This document shows positions 35,710 to 51,963 of a stretch of 64,000 bases of DNA, piece after piece. Numbering within the stretch: the first letter of the stretch is position 1; each line of letters starts with the position of its first letter. The notes under the pieces were generated by a model. That model ran no database searches. It was not told the DNA's origin and saw nothing but the letters and a program-made list of their open reading frames with translations. Made by a program: the position numbers and the translations under genes. The DNA comes from Lepidodermella squamata (lineage: Eukaryota; Animalia; Gastrotricha), in the NCBI GenBank assembly GCA_047495785.1, contig JBLDXI010000002.1:1612001-1676000 (forward strand), in the 5' to 3' direction.

Positions 35710-36911
35710 GGCGCAAAATACTCACAGGAAAAGTATAAAATCTATGGAAACACAAAAGCACGATACAGAAACACAGGAAGATATGGCAACACCGGTATAT
35801 ATGATGCAAAACATTGGTCTGAATAAAATCAAACTATTAGAGCTTTAAACTGTAAATCTAAGGGTCCCGCTGTACAAATCACCTCGAGAGATCTCAATTT
35901 CCCCGAGTTTATTATGCATCATGGCAACGGTGAATGTAATAACGCGAATGTAGAATGCGCCGAAACTGTATTCGATCTGATGGCAGTTAATTAATTCATT
36001 CATATTGCTGACTCAAATTGGGTGACAAGTGAAGGGATCGCAAACAAGACCCGCCGCTTTGAACTGAGGACGGCATGGGGCGATTTCCTTCAGTCACATT
36101 ACAGGATTTCTAGCTCTAAGAGAACAGATTAGGAGGTGCAGGGTACATAGGTCAGAAGGCTCAAACTCAAGCTATCAAGCAACAAGCACCAGCTGTTCTC
36201 TGCTATTCACGGTCTTCGAGAAATGATTTTTTCATGAAAATCCCGTTTGCAATTCACCCAAATAGCTTTCTAGCCCCACAATCACTAAAAAATATTATCC
36301 TTAATAAATTCGACAAGTGATGTTAAGCTAATTCTAGTGTCAAACAATATCATGTGGTAGCAAATTACTGATATCATAAGTGAAAACGAATATGTTCCTC
36401 GGTTTTTTCGTGGCGTGCAATGCCATGGACGCCATGCCGCATTCCAGTTCTGCTGTCATCGTTAGTAAAGTTCTAAACGTATCAGAAGTTTTGTCTCTCG
36501 TTATTTGTTTCTTCGTAAACTTTTTGCTTGCTTCTCATTCAGATCTACAGCCTCACCACGTTTTTTCAATCTAAGAATCTAAGAATTCATGATAAAGCGG
36601 GAAATATCGTCATGTGACTGCTTGCGACTTTTTTGTTACATTTGCTCAAGATTTTGAATTCTTCTCTATGATGCTTTTTTTTGGAAAAATGTGTTTGCAA
36701 ATTGTCAATGCTTGTCTGTTTTCATTGTTTGGTTAATGTAGTTCTGGGTTCCATGGTACATTTATGTTGAAATTACTGCCCTCTATCTGTCGCAAATTTG
36801 AGCAACTAAGCGTGCAGAAGGCTAAAGTTTGTTCTTTCGTCCTGTCGTGTGAATCAAACAGAATCTTAATATTCATTCGAATTACTCTAGATTTTTGCGC
36901 AAAGTTCTTTA

Positions 36912-39664
<2,753 letters not shown>

Positions 39665-40328
39665 ACGAGCCTGTCGCATCCGAACTAGTTTCTATCAAAC
39701 AAATTAGCGGTTTATTAATAAAATAAAGTAAAATCAGTAGCCGTGAGTCTTGTTATCACGGTGACAGTCATTGGACGAAAGTTATCGCAAACATGATTTT
39801 AAACGGTGAAAATGTAAAAATTATTAAGGCGTGTGCTATTTCTTTCTGCGCTGCTGTTTTCTCGGCTCGTACTGATTCGACGAAAACACAGTGTTTCCCG
39901 TCTGCAATGTTGTAGTAGTTTTGTTGCGCTTGGATGACAAAAATGTGTATCGGAATCGGCATTGTGAAGTTCGAGTGGTTTTAGCTGTTTTCGTATAAAT
40001 GTTTGTTCACTATGTTACCTATGTATATTTACTGCGTTCGATGTTATACTTGAAGCTATTGAAGAATTTTGCGCGTCGTTAAGTTCAGTGTCTCAGTATT
40101 GCCTGCACGGAGTAGTCGCGAGGCATTTTTATCTGGCGTTGAAAAAATGAAAACAATAAAGAAAATACGTTCAATTAAATTTTGCTGTTTTTACCCATTA
40201 TTAGAACCATTTATCGCACGAATGAATTTTTTCGCCAATTACTAATGGTTAGCATCTCAGATTAATACTCAAAAGTAAGCTTTTGATTAAATTAAGGCGG
40301 ATATTTTAAATTTCTCTTCTTTTTTAAG

Positions 40329-40954
40329 ATGGTCAATTGCACAATGCGTTCTCAAGGTCATAAGCATCGAAGGAAGCCTCCTCAACTTGGATTGAATCGA
40401 GTGCGAAAATCGATCGACAAATCTTCGAAGAAATCATCATCGAAACCTGACCCAGCATTAGAGGCTGCATTTACTGAACTGCGAGCTACTCTCGCCTTTT
40501 CTGGAGAATCGAACTTTCAACCTCTCGACGATGAAGAACAAATCCTTCTGGCGACCATTCAGCGAATCCGAGACCTTGAACGCGAATTGGTCGACAGTGT
40601 TGTCGGCTCTGAAGCGAGTAGTTCCGAGAGGAAAGAGGCGATTGACTCTATTCGATCGTCATTTTCAACCTCGAATTCTAGTTTGGCGAACGAAATGGAT
40701 TGCGCAGTGCCTAATAAGAAGCCTTCGTCAAGCCGCCGACTGAATTTGTTAGTTTTGATAATTTTTAATTGATTTTCATTATTTTGAATACTTCTAGCTC
40801 TGATTTAAAACCCGAGACGAACCCTCAAGAAGACGCAAATTTGCTTGAGATGGAACAGTTTCTGGAAGATTGCGACCGTTCGTCGATTTTCGACGGCTTT
40901 GAAGCATCATTTGCCCGCCTGGTCAACACGAATGTTGATAAAAGTGCCAAATAG
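40329..40954 (+). CDS. Hypothetical protein, probably 2 exons
   Basis: ATG directly after an acceptor-like TTTTAAG; coding-like Ser/Lys/Glu-rich ORFs separated by an AT-rich intron-like gap (~40745-40797); no family recognised. Confidence 0.5.
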
Positions 40955-41380
40955 TAGTTGATAACTTGATTTGTCATTGTTTCTCGTTTTTTTGTTATTC
41001 AATTTTGTGCAGCGACTCCGATGCTCATTCCAGTTGCTAAAAACGAACATGTTGTGCTAATTTTTCTCTACCGTTCTGGTTTATTGTTTGTCAAAACTTG
41101 ATTCCTCAAATTCTATTTGGTTCAGACGTTGAATATACTATATATAAATATTATATCAGAAATCGAACTATATATATATCAGAACAAAACTGGGTAAGAC
41201 TTGTTATGATGGAATGATAATCTCTCTTTTTTACTTGATTTTCTATTGCCGACTATATGAATAAAATCGAACGATTTAAAGCACGGCTTTGTTTTGATTG
41301 GCTTTGATTTCACGCACCTAAGATTCCAGCCAATTATTTGTTTTTTTAGTCTTTCTTTCATGATGAAAATTTCCTGAAAC

Positions 41381-44324
41381 ATGACATCTCCATCACCTCC
41401 GCCCTCGTATTCCGTGCCGTTAGCCTCGAGTAATTTTCACAATGCCTCGGTGAATAATGACTCGACTCGCGATTCCAACGAAGATCTCATGTGGTCGAGC
41501 GCCCTGAAGCGGCGCGTTGAGGATGACCAATATCCTAGCGGGTCATCGCTTCTCGGCCAACTCCACCGGCGGCAGTACGATTGCGGACGACATCCGCCGT
41601 CGAAAGCCTGGTTTCGGTCCCGGCGAATCGCTCAAAAAATTCTGCCCAATCTCACGATAGCCGACGTGAAACGGCGGTTCATCTTCCCGCGGCGCTTCTC
41701 ACCCGACGGTCGCTACCTGGTCGCTTTCAACACAAGTCAAGTGCTCATCTACGAATTTCTCGGAACCGGACGGCTCAATCAGGCGGTGCACAGCTACTTC
41801 GAAGCCCTGAATAAGCCGAAATCTTCAATGAATAGCAGACATCGGCCAAGTCAACCTATTTCGATCGGCAACGACTACTGGGTTCGCGCCAACAGTCTTT
41901 CATCATTCTCAGACAAGTAAGAAAATTTTTCTTCCCTCAAAATATGAGCTTTGATAAAGATTATTAAGCTGGATTTTAGGCTTTGAGGCCTTAATTTTGA
42001 GTTGAGGAGGAAGAGTTTAATTGTCCTGAACCGTCAGCTGCGACCCATCGCAATTCCAAACTGACATTGCGCAACGCATTCAAAATAAAAAGAAAGCGAT
42101 TAATAATATTGACATCACTAATAGCAGGCTGACGGATAGAGATGCGCGGTAAAACCTGTTCGGAAGATAACCGAAATAGTAGAAAAATTAAAGAAGTCAC
42201 GTTTTAAGCACGGAAAATCTTTTTTCTATCATTTATCTTGAGAGAAGATCGCAACAGCATGATAGCTTCCACAAGATCGGAAGACATGCGATATTTCAAA
42301 GGTGGCAAGGCTAATTTAATCTGAGAGAGCACAATTAGTCTATGCGGAATCACAACGTTTAATTTTATTTGAATGTAACAATTTGTCTCCGAATTTCAGC
42401 TGTGGAGCTTTCGACTCGTGTTTCAAAATTGTTGCCACCGTCGATATCGGCTTGCCAGCCGAATCATTGTCACGTGACGTCGCGTTGTTCACAGCAAGCG
42501 AGGGTGGCCGGTACCTGATCGTTGCAAGTGTGTACCCCGGTATCCTATTCGACGAAGACCTTCACCCGGCAACCCCGGCTGAGCAGCGTCAAACCTCGGA
42601 ATCACTCCCGCTTCGAAATCCAAGCGCGCTACAACACGTATCTCTCCACATCATCGACATAATTTCCGGTGTGATAACAGACTCAATCACGTTTCGATGT
42701 GATATTATAAGTTTGTCCTCCGCGAACCCTGGCATTTGTATGGTAAATGGTGACAGACTCGCGGTTCTCTCGATTCAACACCAAATCGTGCATATTTTCG
42801 ATGTTTCAAGCCGTTTCACCCCGGTTGCGAAATTAGGCCCATACGGCTCGTCGCCCGATGATTTCCAAACGATCGAACGCGTCTTCCCCGGCTCAGTCCC
42901 GCCGCCTAATCAAGGACCCCACTCAATGGGCACATTGAAACATCGCCTCCTCACCTATTTGTACTTCAGTGTGAAAAGCCAACCCGGTAACCCGGCTGGA
43001 AATCTGCTGAAATTCCACTCGCAAATGGACGATGTGTTGCAACTGCGCATGTTTCGTATGCAATTGTTGGACCGCGATCATGTGCTGATCAAACTGGCCC
43101 CGGAACGGGTGCTTCTAGCTATGCTGGGCCAGGCCGGTGCCGGCAGTGTGGCTAATATTGGTGCTTCCGTGAGTATCGACGCGGCGTCTAGCGGCAATTC
43201 AGCGACTGCAGCTGCGATTTCGGCCCAGCTGAGATCGTCCTCTTTGCTCGTTATTTACAGCCTCCAGAAAGATCAAGTCATCGCAATGCTACAGGTATTT
43301 ATCTTATATCCCTATGTTTAAGGAGGCTAAATATTTTCATAGGATGGCAGTGATGCAACTCTTGACGTTGTGCTCCAAAATGCTGATTGCATCTTAGCCC
43401 ACACCGCTAGTACCATCGAAAGCCGGTCCGAGGCCGGTAACATCTCGCCGGCTGTTCATCCATTCGCCAGCCAAGCCGCGTTGAGGGTACCGACTAATTG
43501 CGAGGTTGCGAAATGCATTTTCGCGCAGCATCGCCGCGTCAATTCTCGGCTAGCGGCAGCGACAAGTGGCGGTGGGGGTCGGGCTGAGGCGAATTGCCGG
43601 GCTATGGCTGCTTTCCTGTTTCAACCGTCTCAATCGCATTCACCTTCGCCTTATGTCGATTACTCGCTTTTCGCGTTCGACGATCGACTGTTATCGCCTC
43701 TTCTTGCCGATGCAAAGCCTCGGCAGTTGACTCCAACTGGAGCTGCTCTTCGCCTTTGTAAGCTTTCAGTTTCAAAATAATTGAAAAATTCAAGTTTTTC
43801 AAAAAATTAAGGAGGATTTTTTATTTTTGTATCGAATTTTTCCTAACATGTTTTTCCAATTTAAATTTGATTTTTTATTAAAAAATCCATTTTCATCGTA
43901 GGCGAATTAGAAACTTTTGAGACTTTGAGACTGAAAATATGAAAATTTGAAATTCAAGGGTTCCGAATTGAGAAATGCTAGTTTTGAAAATAGCTGATTT
44001 TTCCTATTTTTATGAATTTTTACAGTTTACCCGACGACTGGGCACTCTGCGTGCCGGTTATTTGTTTCATGCGGTCCTAATTGCCACCCTCACAACTGTC
44101 CGTGCAATGAATTTGCGACTCACACGATGCCAGGCGGCTTGGGCAATAACGACGCCGATTCGCGGCCGGCGGCGCAGTCTTTCCCGTTTCGGACTCTCGT
44201 TTCAACTGTCATTCACCCGTGGCTTCCGCTGGTGCTGTCCTATACCCGGCTAGTGCCTACCGACCCGTCATTCGCGACAACCCCGATGGATTTGTTGAAC
44301 TTGCACATCCCATTCTCGCCGTGA
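41381..44324 (+). CDS. DET1: De-etiolated-1 homolog, 4 exons
   Basis: RRFSPDGRYLVAF, LAVLSIQHQ, LKHRLLTYLY, LRMFRMQLLD, QSHSPSPYVDYSLF, HPWLPLVLSY; phase-consistent introns 41917-42399, 43295-43342, 43758-44025. Confidence 0.9.
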
Positions 44325-44575
44325 ATACTAATACTATTTCAGCGAAGCAAATTGTGGTCGTTTTCTTTCATTATTTTATTTTACCCAAACAAATGTTGAA
44401 GAAGTAACAATCTCTTCATTAAAAATTTCGGCAATTTTTTAGGTGATTGGGCTTCAAAGATATTACTCCATAACAAAAATTTGCTGTGTTACTGTTTTAG
44501 TTCACTGCTTATATTATAAGGAAAGATATGAAATTATTAAAAAAAAATCTTGTTTTTATTAGAGATTTAATCATA

Positions 44576-47500
44576 ATGGCGAGACAACTTGATTTTGACA
44601 TCGACGATTTGCTTGATGACATCGGAGATCAAAAGCCGCAAAAATCAACGTTCGGCCGAATCGTGCCAGCCACCATAAAAACAACCCCGGTCGCGTCAAA
44701 AATCGACGATGATTTCTACGATGACGAGCCTATTTCCGAGGCGAATGTCGCTGATATTATCAAGTCTGTCGAACCTGATCAATTAGACAGTAAATTATTC
44801 GGTAAAAAAGACGCGAATCAGCCAATGTTCTCCAGTTCGGCCAGTGTCGATTTGAACTCAACTGGAAAAACCTCCACTAGCAATTTATCCGATAAAACGG
44901 TGATTGAAAAGCCGATGTCAGCCCCTGGGATGAGATCAACGCCAGTTTCGAAACCTGCACCAAAGGCTAGTTCTGGGTTTGATGACTTTGAGGTGGATTC
45001 TCTGCTGCCCGATGAAGCGCCTACTAAGCCTTCATCCGCTCATGGCGCGTTGGTAACGAAAGACACGGACATGAAAGCGTCGTCTTTGCCGCTACCGGAC
45101 TCAAAATCCGGGCAAGCTGGTTCGAAGACTTCGTTTGAACTATCCTCGTCCGGCGAATTTTCCGCCTCAAGTTACATGCCATCCACAGGGCCGACTCGAT
45201 CGGCTGTAGGCGGGTCGAAATCTGTTAGTTTCGCCGATGACCGCCCGCCAACTCGGGTTGGTAAGAAGCTGGACCTAGACAGCGGGAGCGATTGGCTGGA
45301 ACTGGCGGGCGGGGGCGGTTCGTCGAAAAGTTCAGCCCTGGATGATATTCTATCGTCTGCAACGTCGACGTCATCGCGAAGACCTGGAACGCAACAGACC
45401 TCGCAAACAGCGGCGAAAACTGACGTGGCTAAGCCGAAATCGGCACCGGGTGGGCTGGATCTGGACGGAGACAGTCATAGGGCGTCTCAGGCCCGTGGTC
45501 CAAGCGCGAATTCAGCGTACAGTTTGATGAAGTCTGAACGAGGTGAGTCTTAGATTTGTTTAAAATGTCTACTTTTACCATATTTTATCGAGCAATATCA
45601 TAATTTTTAATCAATTTACGGTTATTCAAGATGAAGATATTCCTATCACGAAACCGGGCTTGTCGGTCCTTTCTATTTTGAACGAGGATGACGACAGAGT
45701 TGATAACAAACGTAAATCTCATCAGTGAAAGCAATGAGGCGTAATTCTGTTGTTATTTCGGGCATTTTTCTGCTGCTTTTATCATCATTTTACATAATTT
45801 ATGCGGAATGCTTTGGCTTTTTTATTTTATGTTGTCTTTGTCTTTTGTTCGTCTTTCGTAACTTTGTTTTTTGCTCTGGGCATGTAAATTTGGTTATTTT
45901 TTTTATTCTGAATTCCACCTTAATTTATTTCGTAATTTTCAGCCCCATCTCCTCCGACTAATCTTCCAGCTGCGCCGAGTTACAGTGCTAGTTCATTAGC
46001 AGGATCGAACTCTACGCTAGGTACACCTGAGGTCCGGACAGCTCCGAAAACTCGCCCGACCGTTGGATCTGCAACTGCGGCTAGCATTTTGCTGGACAGC
46101 GATAGTGATTTGTTCACTGCTTCAGGCGACTTTAACCCGTTGCGGACGAGACGACCGCAGAGTGGCGGAACTGATGCTACGGAACAAGTCCCAGTCGCCG
46201 CCCCGCGTCAGCAAACGCCTCCTGCCACGGCAGGCGCTGTGGTCGGTGGTCTCCCGGCTGTTCTAGGAGATGCATTGGGTGCGGATGCTAGTGCAGTTTC
46301 TGAACTTACCCGTTTGGTTCAGCTTCATAATCGCGAATCTCAGTTGACCTCTGAACTGACTGCGGTTCGCCGGCATATGGACGTCAATCGGCTGTACCTG
46401 CAACGAATTTTAGGTAAAATAAATTTATTTTAAAGAGGATTTTTTTACGATTTGTTGACAATTATCATGAAAAATCAGAATTTGTTGAGGAATATTTTCA
46501 ACGATTGTAAAGATGATGAGATTTATTAATTGGTATCATTTCATTTCAAAAAACATCGGGTTGAAAGGTTGCTCTTCCGAACTGCAGAGTCGTCACGACA
46601 TCCTAAAGTGGAATTAAGGCCATTAATTAATTAAATAAATTAATTAATTAAAGAGTAAATAAATTAATTAAGAGTGGAATTAAGGCTCAATCGCGCATAA
46701 AATGCCAGAGTAGTACTGTGAAGGTCTCCGGTCAAGCAACTAGACTGAATTAACCACAAACTGCTTTATTCGACAAGAACCCCCTTCAGGGCCACATAGG
46801 GCCCGTTTATATAAGGTAAGGGCACGCGACCCTGTGTGGCGGGATGCGACAGGTGGCCCCTTGGCACGAGAGCAGCGACGGGCGAGGGCTAGCCAAGTGG
46901 TCACAAGTACATCAAGGGAACTCAATTATTGGCAGGTGTGGGAGCAGCGAGTCTGTTAGGTCCTACTTAGCTCGTGTATGGCAGAATTAAAATTGGACTG
47001 TGTCTTTCGGCCGGGGGAGGGAAGAGGGGCGTAGTGGCGGAGACAACGACTTTGTGAGCGATTTTAGGTGACAGTAAGCTGAATTCGCGCAGCAAGAGGT
47101 CGGATGTGGTTGGCCAATGCAACTTGTTGCAAACGAGCGTGGTCCTGTAATTCCTTGGGACCCGCGAAGAGCGAATATACCCCACAGCAAATAAATCTGT
47201 TTTAATGCGTCCTTCAGTTGGGAAATCTGCTACTCGCTGCTTTGTTCTCTCAAGACGAACCAGTTTTTGAGGAATATCTATGTGCAAAAATGCTGGATAT
47301 TTCTGCAAGATCTCGCGTTGATCACCACTCCGTAAGCAAATTGCCTTATCGGCGACACATTATTTAAATTTTCTCAGTTGCAAATGTTGCGTGAATAATT
47401 CGATAGCTATCCATTACAGATTCTTTCATGAACTCGATGTCCTGATGACTCGATGTATGATTTTACTAGCCCTAGCAACGCTAGTCGACGACCATGATGA

Positions 47501-50421
47501 GGAAGTTTGCTCTGGGAGACTCTGGGAGGTAGTCATGGAATGCACGTAGGAAGACGCTGCTTTTAATTATCGAGTTAGCGCTATCTCATGGTCGCCGTTG
47601 CCAAGTATTTCGTTCGAACACGACGCAAAATACACTCAATTTTTGTTCACAAGTTTTAAATTTGATCAAAAGTTATTATTAATAATTAATGTTCAGTGTT
47701 ATTTTCCGGGACCCGCCGTCTCGCCGCCCATCTCCGCTCACTTGTCGATCTGAGCCCGCTTATCAGCATCCAGCTCCACATCCGCGGCCGTTGCGCCGTC
47801 GGTGCCAATTACCCCGCCAGCCTTTGTCGAACCTTCCGCATCCTTCGAACGCCCAGTGACCGGTAGGGTACGCAGTCGGCTGCCTCCAGTGAAGTTACCG
47901 TTAGAGCCGTTTGGGGGAAGTTTTGCCCCCCCCCCCGGGTCATCCGGGACTAGATTTGAATTTGAATTCACCCCCATGCTGTTTAGCGGGGTTGAATTGT
48001 GCCAACAGTGTCTAGTTTTCCGAATAGAACTTTGCGTGTTAAAGGTGTGCAAGTAGCAGGGTGATCAGCCTTTTGTTTTTACTACACATCCCTGCGATAA
48101 AATTGCTGCGTCCTAGAAGACGCACCGTCACGACCCAGTACTCATGCTCATGGTATGCTAGGTTAGATGAGGCCTCGTAACCAAAATACTCCGAATACGC
48201 TCCGAATATGAAAGGGCGAAGGTTGCTTGCCCCTACAGTTTGGACGTTCCGAGAGGACATCCGCCATCTGAATTGATAAATCGCATCATCATCCTTGAAA
48301 ATTTGATTTTTTAAATTAAATTTGACCTTGGAATATTGTGAAAATTCAGTTTTAAGGAATTTAAAAAAATGTGTCCTTTTTTAGGCTCGATTTTCGGCCT
48401 TGAAGCGGCCATCCCTGCGTCACAAGGCAGTTCCGACTCGCAGCTACACCAACAACAAGCTGCCGAGAAACCCCAGGCTCAGAAGCATGTTGAGACGAAA
48501 GTTGACGATACGCGAATTCAAGAACTCGAGTCTGAAATCTCGCATTTGAAAGTTCAAGTCAATCTGCTGCACAGTATTAAAGAAACCCTGCAAACCCAAC
48601 ACGAACAAGAACTGGACGTAATTAGAAAGTCGTACCAACGGCAAATCGACGAGGTCGAACAAGCTTCTCGTCATAAGGAGGATCGATTGAAGCTAAATTT
48701 GAGTGACGTGACTGAAGAGCTCGAGGCGACGCGGAAAAGACATCAAGATGAGTTGACTGAAAAGTCCTTATCTCACAAATCTGAGCTCGAGCGGTTGATT
48801 CGAGAACGGGACGAACATATTCGTCAAATGCAGAACCGCCATAGACAGGATATGATCGAATTGAGACGAGCACATGAAGAACAGGTAAATTTGGTTTTCA
48901 ACTAAATTTTACAAATTTTTCAAATTTATTTTAAGGTGGGACTGTTGCGAGCCGAGCGTCGAGCTGATGCAGCAGCGGCTGGAGCGGCGCCTGAGCTGAA
49001 AGTTTTAGCCGACCAACTCGCCGATCTCGAATCGAATGTCCAACAGCGCCACGAGTCGTCGATGAGCTTAAAAATGGTCATGTTCAGCGATCGTGAGGCT
49101 AATTTACGTAGCCAAGAGGCGGCCCTCGTCAAAGAGCGTGAGCAAATGCGACAGGCGCTGATGCAACTCGAACAAGCTCGTAATGAATTGCAGCAACAGC
49201 GATGGATGGCCGAGCAGAAGGAGGCGAAATTGTCGGCTATGCAAGTTGCGCTGGAGGAGGAGCGAAAACGGCAGGCGGAGACTGCTGACCGCGACCGGGT
49301 TCACGTCGACAAGATGCGGACTGATATGGTTGAAGAACATAGTAAATTGCTGCAGGAAATATTCCGGGAAAGGCAGCGCATTGCTCAAGAGTCAGAACAC
49401 GTCGAGGCTGAGCATCGTCGTTTGATTTCTGCTAAAGCCGATTTGTTGCACCAGCAAGCTATCAGCAATCAAACCATCGCCCAGGCTAGACAGGCCGAGG
49501 ACAAAATGCAGGCCGAAGCGAGTAAATTGCTAGTCGACCGCGAGAAAATGTTGGTCGAATTGCGGACCTTGGACGAGGAACGAATGTCTGTAGGAAAGTT
49601 GCGACAGGAAATCGACGAAATGCGCCGATCGGCTGAGCAGAAACTGCGCGATGCTGAACTGATAGCGTCGCGTGGCAGCGAAGCCATGGCGGCTGCCGAG
49701 GCGATCCGGCGCGAAGTTGTCGATTTGAAGCAGCAAATTGCCGAGAAGCAAGCGGCGATTAGCGATGCTCAGGCTGCTTTCATTGAGGTTAGTTGACATA
49801 GTACCTCTTTATTTCATTTTGATAAAAAATGAAATGAAAAATGAATAAAAACGATAAGTTGAAAAATTCCACCTTAAATTTTTTTTTAATTTTTACATAA
49901 AAAAATTCCTCCTTAAAATGTATTAATTTTAATTTTTTACTTCTCTCTATTAATTTATTAATTTTCAATTTTGTATTTTTGGCTTATTAAAGAAGTCTCT
50001 ACAATTATATTACCTGTGTTTAATTATAACTATTCATATTCGTTTTTAGGAGCAAAATCGCTTCAATAAAGAGCGGAGTGAATTTGACCTACTGCGCCGA
50101 AATATCGTCTGCAGCCAGTGCAATCGCGGCCTCTCAACGGGTGAAGTGCGGAAAGTTATGCTCGAAACCTCGCCGCAGTACACCGATATTCGCGAGCAGT
50201 TGCATCAGTTGGAACAAAAAATGGGCGCAGATTTGCGCGAAAATCAGCCGGCTGAACGCGATGTCCCGACTACGCGTGTCAGATTCGAACAGACGACGAC
50301 TACTTCAACAAAGAAGTCGAGCAAGAAATCACCCGCTAAGAAGGACGATTTCGACTACGAGGCCGAGCGATTATGGCTGGCTCAACTTCAACGGCACCGT
50401 ATCAACTCGACGCTCCATTGA
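44576..50421 (+). CDS. FBF1: FBF1-like (ciliary transition-fibre) coiled-coil protein, multi-exon
   Basis: IDDLLDD N-terminus, long Ser/Pro disordered region with a DWL motif, extended C-terminal coiled coil; introns include 46414-48384. Orthology inferred from architecture only. Confidence 0.6.
46717..47186 (-). mobile_element. Solo-LTR-like element inside the FBF1-like intron
   Basis: TGTG...CACA termini, 470 bp, GC-richer than its flanks; minus strand has TATATAAA followed by AATAAA near the 3' end; no clear TSD. Confidence 0.6.
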
Positions 50422-50736
50422 ACACGAAAAAATATTATTATTATTATTGTGATAAAATATTTATTAAATTATTGTGATGTTCCAAGCGTTTGCTCAAAAG
50501 CTTTTCGATGGTAAACTATTTCACTGATCTCAATTTTAACGCACGTGTGATCTCATTTTTATTGTGTGAATTTCCCAATTGCCACGGTTGTGCCTTGAGC
50601 TGATTTTTTAAATTGAAAATAAACACATTATTCGTATATTTTTTGGTGTTTTTATTCTTCATACAAGTCTGGAAAAAATGATAAAAAGCAAGCGAGTTTA
50701 CGCCGAAAGAAAACACCGAATTTAAGGTAGCTGATT

Positions 50737-51516
50737 CTAGCCCTTCACGCTCGAGCTTTTCTGGCGAGTCGTTAGACTCATCTTTTTCTTGCCGATGACA
50801 TCGCCATCAATAGTATTGCTTTGAAGCAACTCAGCAGTTCCGCGGTGTCCATTTTTAGCCGCATAATTGACCGCTGAATACCCAGCCACAGTTCTCAGAG
50901 CCAGGTTAGCGCCATAGTGGCGAAGCAGGGAGATCACATCGCGATTCCCATTCCAAGCCGCCTCGAATATCGCCGTAGATCCCACCCTACTGACAGCATT
51001 AACATCAGCGCCGTGTTTCAGCAACAGCTCGACAATCTCGCAGTGGCCAAATTCGGCAGCCCAGATAAGCACTGTCCTGCCAAAGTCGTCCCTGCTGTCC
51101 AGATTCGCCCCTCGCTCCAGGAGCAGTTTCACCGAGTCGCAATGGCCGTTACAGGCTGCTTCTAACAAAGCGGTAGATCCGCCGGAACTTCGAGAATTCA
51201 AATCAGCGCCATTTTCAAGTAAAACTTCTATCACGTCGTTAAAGCCAGCCCAAGCCGCCCAATTCAGCGCTGTCCGGCCGTCTGTTGACCGAGCATTCAC
51301 ATCGGCACCTCGTTGTAGCAGGAATTTCACAACCGCAATCTGGCGGTTAAGAGCTGCCCAGAATAACGCTGTCGAGTTGTCGTAGGTGGCGAAGCGCGTG
51401 TTGACGTCGAGCCCGTTGTCTAGCAGACGGGCGACTTGGTCGACATTGCCGTCTCTAGCTACCTTCAACAAGTCTGGTAGTTTGTTTTCTTCGACTAAAG
51501 TTGATTTCCTCTCCAT
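50737..51516 (-). CDS. Intronless ankyrin-repeat protein (~6 repeats)
   Basis: Repeated TALxWAA..G...V.LLL..GAD.N units in a single 259-aa ORF. Confidence 0.9.
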   Translation of the reverse strand: MERKSTLVEENKLPDLLKVARDGNVDQVARLLDNGLDVNTRFATYDNSTALFWAALNRQIAVVKFLLQRGADVNARSTDGRTALNWAAWAGFNDVIEVLLENGADLNSRSSGGSTALLEAACNGHCDSVKLLLERGANLDSRDDFGRTVLIWAAEFGHCEIVELLLKHGADVNAVSRVGSTAIFEAAWNGNRDVISLLRHYGANLALRTVAGYSAVNYAAKNGHRGTAELLQSNTIDGDVIGKKKMSLTTRQKSSSVKG

Positions 51517-51963
51517 AGCGCGTTTTTTGGCTTTGTGTTTTCGGTATCAGCACTTTCTTTCAAGAACTTGAGTTTATCTCACTTTTCTGTTATTATCTCT
51601 CTGGGATGATAAGCAGCGTCAGACCTTGTTGTTTCAGCGCAGATTTTCTGAACTCAGATTTCACGTCTAGGTACCGTTAGGGAAATCCGGGTACGAAAAA
51701 CGCTTTCAAAATTTCAGAATTTTTTTAGAGGAACCAAACGCAAACTTTAAAAAATTCATTTTCGAATTTCGAATTTATTTCAATTTTATTTCAATTTTTC
51801 TGAAATTAGCCATGAGATTTCCAAAAAATTTCCATAAAAGAAAGCTTCGAGAGAAATCGTTATTCAAAATGCGGTTCATTTTGAAGTAGTACCCAAACTT
51901 CAACTGAGATTGCATCCTTCAAAATTTTATTTAGAAAATGACTGACTTTAGAAAATGTAATGA

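Noticed and set aside
50737-51516. Ankyrin gene as the Sowah partner of Iroquois
   Set aside because: Generic intronless ankyrin array with no Sowah-type N-terminal domain, separated from Irx by two unrelated genes
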